Part shown: positions 9,790 through 17,591 of the stretch, piece by piece
How positions within the stretch are numbered: position 1 is the first letter of the stretch
How the letters are laid out: every line of letters starts with the position of its first letter
DNA from: Myxococcota bacterium
Lineage (GTDB): Bacteria; Myxococcota_A; SURF-8
DNA: 64,000 nt
Direction: 5' to 3'
Assembly (NCBI GenBank): GCA_965140415.1
Contig: OZ223209.1
Coordinates: forward strand, 3,904,001-3,968,000
The notes under the pieces: generated by a model
What the model saw: only the letters and a program-made list of their open reading frames with translations
What the model was told of the DNA's origin: nothing
The model's database searches: none
Position numbers and translations under genes: made by a program

Positions 9790-11457
9790 ATGATGTTCAG
9801 CATTATCCTGCAATCCGAAAATCAGGAGCCCCGTCGTTTCGATTTTGACAAAGAGGAAGTCACCATCGGGCGGCTGTCCACCTCGGACATCTCCCTCAAG
9901 GCGAGCAACGTATCCAAACAACATACTCGCATCGTTTTTCGCGAGGGACGCTATTTCATTATCGATCGCAAGTCCACCAACGGCACCTTCGTCAACGGTA
10001 AGCGCGTCACCGCGCCAGTTTCCCTTTCCGCCGGCGACAAGGTGTTTATCGGCGATTTCTCGTTGACCTTCCTGGTTCCCGAAAGCGAAGCCAAACCCAA
10101 AGAAGCTCCTGCCAAACCAGCCACCAAGACCGTTACCGCACCGCCGCTGCCACCCAAGCCGCAGGCTGCACCTGCCGCTGCCGCTGCTCCGGAAGCAGAG
10201 GAGAAACCGGAAGAACCGAAACTTCCCGAACTGGTCCCGCAGGAAGAAGAAAAGCCGGAACCAGCTTTGGATATGTATCTGGAACAACGCTATCAACTCT
10301 TCAGTATGGCGATTGAATTCGATGAATTCGAATCGGGCGAAGACATTGCAGAATACCGCCTGGACGATGAAGAAGTCGTCGAGAGTGTTTCCGAAAAGCT
10401 GTCTAAGCTGATCGAGAAAGAAGCCGAATCCGACCTGCCAGCCGACATTCTGGCGACCATGCACGCCGCCTTGTTGGAGGAACTGCTCGGCTACGGCTGT
10501 CTGGAGAAATACCTTTACGACGACACCATCTCGGAAATTTTCATCAACGGCCCCACCCGCATCGTGCTGCATCGCGGAAACCAGAAACTGGTCGCGCCCG
10601 AAACCTTTACCTGTGAAGAAGCCCTTTTATTGGTGCTTAACCGTATGCTCGCCCCGGCGGGTGTCGATTTGGAAGAAGAAACCGCCATCATCGATGTCAA
10701 ACTGCCCGAAGGTTTTGCCTTTGCCGGAGTGCTTTACCCTTATTCGTTGATGGGCACCTCGCTGCGCATCAGTAAAACAAGCGGCGAGAGCATGACGATG
10801 GATACGCTACAGAATGAGGGCGTCTTGAATGACGACATCGCCACCTACCTGCAACAGGCCGTCAACGAACACAAAACGGTGCTAGTGACGGGACGTGACG
10901 ATAACGCCCGCTTCCACCTGCTGGGCGCCATCGCCAATCTGATTCCGGACAACGAGCGACTCGCGTTGGTCAATGCCGGTGCGGGACTGTTACTTCCGCA
11001 CCCGGATCAGGTTTCGTTTGAAGGCATTGTCGGCGATGTGGTCGAGTCCGACCTGGCCATGGGAACCGGAGACCTGTTACGGCACCTCGGACGACTTTCC
11101 GCCGACCGGTTGATTTTGAAAGATCTGCGCGAAGACGCCGCCATCGAATTGCTCTATGCCCTGGATAGTGGGCTGTGTGGCTCGGTCTTCTCGCTCTTCG
11201 GTCATGGTGCAGTCGATGCCGCCAAGCGTCTGGCCCGCATGGCGGTCTACGTCGAGGGTGACCAGGGTCGCTCTCTGGTAAACGAGCTGATCGATGAGAC
11301 CGTGGATGTCATCATTACGATTGACGTATACAAAAGCGGTGACCGCCGTGTAAGCGCCGTTTCCGAATGGAACGAGGGAAAAGCCAAGGATGTCTTCGTC
11401 TTCAATCCGACGGCTGACACAGCAGAAAAACTGGAAGGCGATTTCGCCAAGAAATAG
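9790..11457 (+). CDS. FHA domain + Pro/Glu linker + CpaF/TadA-like secretion ATPase fold with degenerate Walker motifs
   Basis: FHA IGR..SKQH..STNGT; TadA-like LLGYGCLE...ISEIFINGP; P-loop region reads VTGRDDNARF. Confidence 0.85.
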   Translation: MMFSIILQSENQEPRRFDFDKEEVTIGRLSTSDISLKASNVSKQHTRIVFREGRYFIIDRKSTNGTFVNGKRVTAPVSLSAGDKVFIGDFSLTFLVPESEAKPKEAPAKPATKTVTAPPLPPKPQAAPAAAAAPEAEEKPEEPKLPELVPQEEEKPEPALDMYLEQRYQLFSMAIEFDEFESGEDIAEYRLDDEEVVESVSEKLSKLIEKEAESDLPADILATMHAALLEELLGYGCLEKYLYDDTISEIFINGPTRIVLHRGNQKLVAPETFTCEEALLLVLNRMLAPAGVDLEEETAIIDVKLPEGFAFAGVLYPYSLMGTSLRISKTSGESMTMDTLQNEGVLNDDIATYLQQAVNEHKTVLVTGRDDNARFHLLGAIANLIPDNERLALVNAGAGLLLPHPDQVSFEGIVGDVVESDLAMGTGDLLRHLGRLSADRLILKDLREDAAIELLYALDSGLCGSVFSLFGHGAVDAAKRLARMAVYVEGDQGRSLVNELIDETVDVIITIDVYKSGDRRVSAVSEWNEGKAKDVFVFNPTADTAEKLEGDFAKK

Positions 11458-11482
11458 CCAGGAAGACCATCTTCATAACAGA

Positions 11483-11517
11483 CGCCCCTTGAAAAACTTC
11501 AAGGGGCGCTTTTGTTT
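11483..11517 (+). terminator. Intrinsic terminator
   Basis: CGCCCCTTGAA-aaac-TTCAAGGGGCG followed by CTTTTGTTT. Confidence 0.85.
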
Positions 11518-11644
11518 CTGAGTTCACACTAAAAATATAAAAAGAATCCCCCGCGCTTTTCAATGAAATCGAACGCGAAAGGGTTGACGAACGAAGCCTT
11601 ATCCGCTATATAGGTTGTCGGCATTTCTCGGAAGACAGTACACG

Positions 11645-11756
11645 AGTGGTGCATCTGTTTTCCCTGACCGGCAAAAACCGTAACGCCTTCGCAGCTTTAG
11701 ATGCCGGGCCGCTGTTATCGAGTCATGATCGCATCGCTGCAAACAGATGCACAACT
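11645..11756 (+). ncRNA. Candidate structured 5' leader RNA
   Basis: 16-bp closing stem with one mismatch (11645-11660/11741-11756) and an inner CCGGCA/TGCCGG helix. Confidence 0.35.
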
Positions 11757-11800
11757 GATTATTACATGTTGAAATTCGCCCACGTGAAGGCAGGAGGAAA

Positions 11801-13456
11801 ATGATGGCGACCCATTCGTACCCAAAATTCTTTCAGGATCACATTCTAACCAACGAAGAAGCGTTGAAACGGACCGTTATTTCGGGCCGAACCGTCGCCT
11901 CCGGTTTTGCGACCAGCGAACCGCATAAATTCTACGAAACCCTCTGGGAGCATATTCAGAAAGAGGATGTCGTCGATTTGACGATCAAACAAGCACTCTT
12001 TCTTGCCCCCCATAAGCTCTTGCTTGGCGATACGATGGAAAGCAAGGGCAAGTTCGAAAACTTGGCTCAAAGCGCCAGTTCTTCGATTATCTCTCGCATC
12101 GCCCAAAGCGCCAACCTCGTTACGAAGAAACTTGAAGGTCTAAAGCGCCTCGTAGGGCACTATGAAGAACTGAAAGAACGCCGCATCGTGTTCATGTCGC
12201 CTTTCATCGGTGCGACCAACAATATCGTCATTCCCGGCAACGCCATGACGCACGTGCTGTATCCTGATTATGTAGGCCGCAACACGACGCGCATGGGCAT
12301 CACCGACATGCAGTCCATCCACTTCCCCGACGCGGTGGATTCAATGGGTTACAATCCGGACGGCAAGCCGGTTGTCGATTGTTTCATCACGGTGCTGACG
12401 CCTCCCAATGAGGACGGTGAGATGAGCCTGGGACCGGCCAACGGTGCCAACATGGAAATCGTCGAGAAAGTGCTGCGCCAGAAAGATGCCGATCTACTGG
12501 TATACATCAACGGTCGCTATCCCTTCACACGTGGTTACGGAGACGCGCCGAACACGGTTAACGTAAACGATTTCGAAGGTCTGGCCAAAGCAGGACGTCT
12601 GTTCGTAGTCGAAGACGATTCCAAAATCCCCTGCATGCCCAAAGGCAGCTTCGACAATCCGGAACCGCGCGAAGAGAAAATCGCGGAGATCCTGGTCAAC
12701 CATATCGAATTGAATAAGCATTACAGCTACGGACGCGCGATTCAAGTCGGTTTCGGCGGTACCGGTGTATTGGCCATTCGCAACCTGAAAGATTCCGGCT
12801 GGCATGGACGCAGCTACACGGAAATGATGGAACCCTTCACGTTGGATCTGTTTGAAGCGGGCAAAATCGCCGGTTCACATTTCATTGAAAAAGACGGTCG
12901 CCGCACTCAGCTGGACGGCAAAATGGTTTGTACCTTCACGCTGGCAGAAGACGGAAGCGACTTCTACAAAAAACTGGACAACAATCCCAATATCATCATC
13001 TCCGCGGCCTCGCGCGTCGTCATTCCGGAAGGATTCTACGGCGGACTGGGAATCAACAACTGCCTCGGAGTGGATTTCAACGGCCATGTCGTCTCCGGTG
13101 GACGCGGCAAGAATCACCATTCCGGCGTCGGTGGCGGAGCCATGATCTTCCGTGGTCTGGGAAATGGCGGTCTTGGCTACCTCTGCCTCAAATCCACTCA
13201 CAAAGACATGGAAGGTCGCCTGCGCTCCTCGATCTTCCCCTTCCTGCCGCTGGGCACGCCAATCAGCCACATCGGTCCCGACCTGATGGGTGGTCGTTCC
13301 GGAGCCCGCTTGTTTATCGTTACCGAACACGGCGTGGCTCAGGTTTCCGGTCAAAGCCAGGCCAATCTGGTAAGGAATCTGATCGGTGTCGCCGATCCGC
13401 GCTTCCGCGATTACCTCAAGCACGAAGCATGGCAACACTACCGGATTAAGGTCTAA
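11801..13456 (+). CDS. Acetyl-CoA hydrolase/CoA-transferase family protein (4-hydroxybutyrate CoA-transferase-like, divergent)
   Basis: IQVGFG, YTEM (catalytic Glu position), NN.LGVDFNG, SGVGG, IVTEHGVA, ADPRFRD. Confidence 0.8.
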   Translation: MMATHSYPKFFQDHILTNEEALKRTVISGRTVASGFATSEPHKFYETLWEHIQKEDVVDLTIKQALFLAPHKLLLGDTMESKGKFENLAQSASSSIISRIAQSANLVTKKLEGLKRLVGHYEELKERRIVFMSPFIGATNNIVIPGNAMTHVLYPDYVGRNTTRMGITDMQSIHFPDAVDSMGYNPDGKPVVDCFITVLTPPNEDGEMSLGPANGANMEIVEKVLRQKDADLLVYINGRYPFTRGYGDAPNTVNVNDFEGLAKAGRLFVVEDDSKIPCMPKGSFDNPEPREEKIAEILVNHIELNKHYSYGRAIQVGFGGTGVLAIRNLKDSGWHGRSYTEMMEPFTLDLFEAGKIAGSHFIEKDGRRTQLDGKMVCTFTLAEDGSDFYKKLDNNPNIIISAASRVVIPEGFYGGLGINNCLGVDFNGHVVSGGRGKNHHSGVGGGAMIFRGLGNGGLGYLCLKSTHKDMEGRLRSSIFPFLPLGTPISHIGPDLMGGRSGARLFIVTEHGVAQVSGQSQANLVRNLIGVADPRFRDYLKHEAWQHYRIKV

Positions 13457-13500
13457 CAACCTCAGCAAGAATCAATCCGTATAAGATTGAGTTTCGGTTA

Positions 13501-13540
13501 TAGAAAAACGTCCTCGCCTTGATGCGGGGACGTTTTTCTA
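13501..13540. terminator. Bidirectional intrinsic terminator
   Basis: TAGAAAAACGTCCTCGC...GCGGGGACGTTTTTCTA between convergent genes. Confidence 0.85.
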
Positions 13541-13572
13541 TTGGGAAGCGATAGAAGATAAAATCTTCCGTT

Positions 13573-14037
13573 TCAATTCCGATCCAGAACGATCTGATCC
13601 ACCTTGATTTCGTCATGATCGATCAATAAGCGAGCGATAGAGGGAGGATGGGGAGCGCGTCCGGGTCCGGCACTGCCTGGATTTACGATCAGCACTCCAT
13701 TGTCCCGTAGTTCAGAGGGCTTGTGCGTATGCCCGTGAACCACTACGGAAATTTTGGCGGATCGAGGATCTAAATCAAGCGCCAGCAAATCGTGAAGAAC
13801 ATGAAAAGAGATTCCTTCGATTTCGAAGGTTTCCTCTTCCGGCAATCTCCTCGCCCAGGATTCTCTGTCCATATTTCCTCGCACCGCAGTCACCGGCGCT
13901 AGCGACTTCAACTGATCTAATATTTGCTGTGAACCGATATCGCCGGCATGGATGATATGGGCTACATCAGAAAAAATTCGCAGCACTTCCGGTCTTAACT
14001 GACCGTGAGTGTCTGAAATCAAGCCGATTACCGTCAT
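13573..14037 (-). CDS. YfcE-family metallophosphoesterase
   Basis: SDTHG, HAGD, GNMD, GHTH, NPGS. Confidence 0.92.
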   Translation of the reverse strand: MTVIGLISDTHGQLRPEVLRIFSDVAHIIHAGDIGSQQILDQLKSLAPVTAVRGNMDRESWARRLPEEETFEIEGISFHVLHDLLALDLDPRSAKISVVVHGHTHKPSELRDNGVLIVNPGSAGPGRAPHPPSIARLLIDHDEIKVDQIVLDRN

Positions 14038-14176
14038 GCAGTCTTCCTTTCAAGACCGTTTCTTCTCTTTTTTAAGAATATTCCTATTCCCCTTGGAATG
14101 TCAATTATTTACAGCAAGTTACAAGAATTGAGTCAAATCACGATGCGGATAGAAGAAATCAAGCCTCCGAATACTA

Positions 14177-15859
14177 TCAAGTGGCCATTACAACTTGATT
14201 GCGACCCGCCTTTTTCGCCTGATACAATGCATCGTCTGCTGCGGCAATAATAAGCTCCTCATGACCGTCATCAGGACTGTAAGTAGCCACACCGATACTA
14301 ACGGTCTGTATCATACCGAATTGACACAGCTTTGTGGACTCGCAAGCCCTGCGGACACGCTGTGCAATGTCATAGGCTCGATTCGCTTTGCAATCCGGTA
14401 GCAAAACGACCATTTCTTCACCACCATAGCGACAGGCGACATCTTCGCGACGGACGTTTTGTTTAACAAGATCCGCAATCCTTGCTAAAACCAAATCGCC
14501 AGCCTCGTGACCATGGGTGTCATTGACTTTTTTGAACAGGTCCAAATCGATCATCAGAAGCGAAAACGGCTGTTCCGTTTCTTTTGCTTCATCTATCAAC
14601 TGCTTGATTTTCTTGTCGAAAAAGCGCCTATTCATCAGTCCGGTAAGTGCGTCGAGGAAAGCAAGTTCTTCCAGAATCCTGTTTTTCCTCATGATTTCAT
14701 TAAACAGTTCCTTTACACGTAACTGACTCCCCAACCGAGCAAGCAATTCCTGTTTTGTAAAGGGTTTCGTAATAAAATCATTTGCACCGGACTGCAAACA
14801 GTTCAACATCGTAGCAGAATCATCCTGTCCGGTAAGCATGAGGATGGAAACACTATCGAACCTGGAATCCGAGCGGATTTCTCGTATCAGGTCCAAACCG
14901 GAGCCATCCGGTAAACTGAGATCGACGGAGATGATATCCGGCTTGCTGACAGTCAGATGGGCTTTGAACTCCTTGATTGTACTGTAGGATATTGTGGATA
15001 ATCCAACCTCGGAAGCAATCTTTGTAATAATAGAAGCGATGATCGTACTATCCTCAAGCACGACCAAACTGCCCCTGCTGTTTCCGGCAGTCAAGGGAAT
15101 GACATCGTGCAGAGCTTTTGCCAATAAGGCGCTCTCGACCGGCTTTGGCAACATATCCACGGCCCCTGCCCAGAATCCCTTCTTTGTTGTATCTTCACTG
15201 ATTGTAGCGGATTCGATGATCACCGGGATTCGACGGGTTCTTGGATTTGCCGCCAATTCCGTACATACCTCGTAACCGCTCATTCCCGGCATCTGCAAAT
15301 CTACAATCACGACGTGCGGCATTGTCTCCAGCACAAGATCAATTCCCTCGCGACCATCCGTAGCGGTATCGACATGAAAACCAAAGCCTTCGATCTGCTT
15401 TTTCAAGACAGACACGACGGTTTTACTGTCATCAATCAGCACGACTCGCGGCTTTTCGGAATTTCCCCTTTTCTTTTCTGCAACAAAGGGTTCGAAAACC
15501 TCGAAAATATCTTCTCTTGAGAACGGCTTGAATAGAACACCGTTGACGATCTCGATATCCCACTCCGCCTCCATATCCTTTTTTTCCAGGGATGTGGTAA
15601 CGATAACCGTGGGATTCAGATCCGGGCAATCTGCATTTAGATCGGAAATGATATCCGCTGGGGAATACTCCTCTGGGACACCGGGAAAAACCAGAAAGTC
15701 CGGGGCATACTCACTAAGTTCTTCCGGATCGTAAGAATCTCCTTCGAAAAAGAATAGTTGATACTCAGTATCTGATAGGAACTTGGACCATAGCGTCCGC
15801 ATTACATTGGAATGTTCGAAAACTCCAACTTTGAGTTTGGTAGATTGCTTCAAGTCCAT
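14177..15859 (-). CDS. Diguanylate cyclase, REC(degenerate)-REC-REC-GGDEF
   Basis: IDDS..DLQMP and LEDS..DLSLP receiver domains; DLDLFKKVND, RxxD I-site (RRED), GGEEM. Confidence 0.93.
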   Translation of the reverse strand: MDLKQSTKLKVGVFEHSNVMRTLWSKFLSDTEYQLFFFEGDSYDPEELSEYAPDFLVFPGVPEEYSPADIISDLNADCPDLNPTVIVTTSLEKKDMEAEWDIEIVNGVLFKPFSREDIFEVFEPFVAEKKRGNSEKPRVVLIDDSKTVVSVLKKQIEGFGFHVDTATDGREGIDLVLETMPHVVIVDLQMPGMSGYEVCTELAANPRTRRIPVIIESATISEDTTKKGFWAGAVDMLPKPVESALLAKALHDVIPLTAGNSRGSLVVLEDSTIIASIITKIASEVGLSTISYSTIKEFKAHLTVSKPDIISVDLSLPDGSGLDLIREIRSDSRFDSVSILMLTGQDDSATMLNCLQSGANDFITKPFTKQELLARLGSQLRVKELFNEIMRKNRILEELAFLDALTGLMNRRFFDKKIKQLIDEAKETEQPFSLLMIDLDLFKKVNDTHGHEAGDLVLARIADLVKQNVRREDVACRYGGEEMVVLLPDCKANRAYDIAQRVRRACESTKLCQFGMIQTVSIGVATYSPDDGHEELIIAAADDALYQAKKAGRNQVVMAT

Positions 15860-16115
15860 CTTTTTCTGCCCCGCGATTTAGCTGAGAATCAATTGGTACG
15901 TTCTTATATTGATGTCAAAAGGAACCGAACAACCCCGCTAGTAGAATAGCACATTGGAAAGCGATGTTTAAATTTTTATTGTTTCAGCTATTTCGAATCA
16001 TTAACAAAACATGGTTTCATAATTCTGAGATAGCTTCGTGTTGTAATCAGAAAATTGCTATGTTACGATTCTGATTGATCCGAATCTGAAAAGACTAGCT
16101 TCGAAGGTAATTGCC

Positions 16116-16940
16116 ATGCCGCCAATAAAACGAATCCATCTCTTAGCTGCCATGATGCTGTTGCTGTCTATAAACCATGTAACCTGCCAATCAGACGACA
16201 GTGCAACCATGGATGCCGACATAGACCAAATAGAAATTGGCGATGGAGAACAGTCGGAAGAAGAGAACTTTAACGTTGCCTGCCTGAACCCGGACACGGA
16301 AGGAGCTACTTCCCGCTGCTTACAAGCGACTAAAACTTCCGAATATTATGTAGAACAAAGCCTGAAATATTTTGACACGTTGGACATTGAAGCCGACCCG
16401 GAAAGCATTCCAAACTACTCGGAGTTGGTTGCTCGCTGGGAATGGCCTCCCTGGCTGAAACTGACCGGCTTCGACCGGGACACAATGAATTCCACAGCAA
16501 CCATCCTACGACAGTTCGACCCGTCTACCGTGCCGGAAAGAGAATGCCGTGCTTTTCAGGTTCAACCCTTTGGCCGTTGTTATATCGTATTTGAATATGA
16601 GGGGCGCCCCTGCCCGATATATGAAGAGTTCACCTTCAACGATCAAGGCGAAATGACCTTCATCGAAGCCTGGTCCGATCAACTAGGTATGCTACCGATG
16701 GACAAAGACCTGGACCGATGGGCGCAAGGAGAAAACGTGCCACGGCTCTCGACCAGACTTCCCGGATTGGGAAACGCTACGGGACGCCTGGATTTAGAAA
16801 GTCAGTGGATGAAAACCGCAGAATCCAACGACCCGGACATCGCCGACTTCGCCATGCGGGCGCGCAATCAATGGAAATACTGGATGGACGAACTCGAAGC
16901 TTCCGGAGATGATTTATATGAACGCGGCTGCGGCTGGTGA
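16116..16940 (+). CDS. Hypothetical exported protein, probably a lipoprotein
   Basis: Signal peptide ending in Cys, acidic linker, Trp/Cys-rich globular domain. Confidence 0.7.
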   Translation: MPPIKRIHLLAAMMLLLSINHVTCQSDDSATMDADIDQIEIGDGEQSEEENFNVACLNPDTEGATSRCLQATKTSEYYVEQSLKYFDTLDIEADPESIPNYSELVARWEWPPWLKLTGFDRDTMNSTATILRQFDPSTVPERECRAFQVQPFGRCYIVFEYEGRPCPIYEEFTFNDQGEMTFIEAWSDQLGMLPMDKDLDRWAQGENVPRLSTRLPGLGNATGRLDLESQWMKTAESNDPDIADFAMRARNQWKYWMDELEASGDDLYERGCGW

Positions 16941-16983
16941 AAATTGGCCAAGCAGCATAGCGGTAATTAACAATCTCAGGCTA

Positions 16984-17556
16984 TCAGGTCGGCATATCAA
17001 GAACAATATCCTCTCGCTGTGCCGGATCGATTTTCCAGACTTCCCGTCTTTCGAAATGCAATGGACGCGCCACTAAAACATCGGGGAACTGTTCGATATG
17101 CGTATTGAAAACCGTCACGGAATCATTGTAAAACTCGCGCCGGTCTGCGATGTGATCTTCCAACTGACTGATACGCCCCTGCAATCGAAGGAAGTGCTCA
17201 TCTGCTTTAAGTTGCGGATACGCTTCCGAAACGGCAAATAAAGACTTCAAGGTATCTGAAATCGCATTTTGCGCGTCGATCATTTCCTTGTCGCTTCTCG
17301 CATGTCCCATACGGTTACGCGCCTGCACAACGGCTTCCAGCGTTTCCCGCTCGTGCTTCATATACCCCTTGCACACCTCCACAAGCTTGGGAAGTTCATC
17401 GAATCGCTGTTTCAGCAACACATCGATGTTGCTCCACGACTTGTCGATGTTGTTTTTCATGCGGATCAATCCATTGTAAATCACCACAACATAGGTCAGT
17501 AGTCCCAAGATCAGTAAACCTGCTACCGCAAGTACAATCCACCCGATTACCATCAC
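16984..17556 (-). CDS. lemA: LemA family protein
   Basis: N-terminal TM, YN.L, WSNIDVLLKQR, EAYPQLKAD, RREFYND.V. Confidence 0.95.
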   Translation of the reverse strand: MMVIGWIVLAVAGLLILGLLTYVVVIYNGLIRMKNNIDKSWSNIDVLLKQRFDELPKLVEVCKGYMKHERETLEAVVQARNRMGHARSDKEMIDAQNAISDTLKSLFAVSEAYPQLKADEHFLRLQGRISQLEDHIADRREFYNDSVTVFNTHIEQFPDVLVARPLHFERREVWKIDPAQREDIVLDMPT

Positions 17557-17591
17557 GTATTCTCCCTGGCGTATTCACGCCGTGATCTAGA

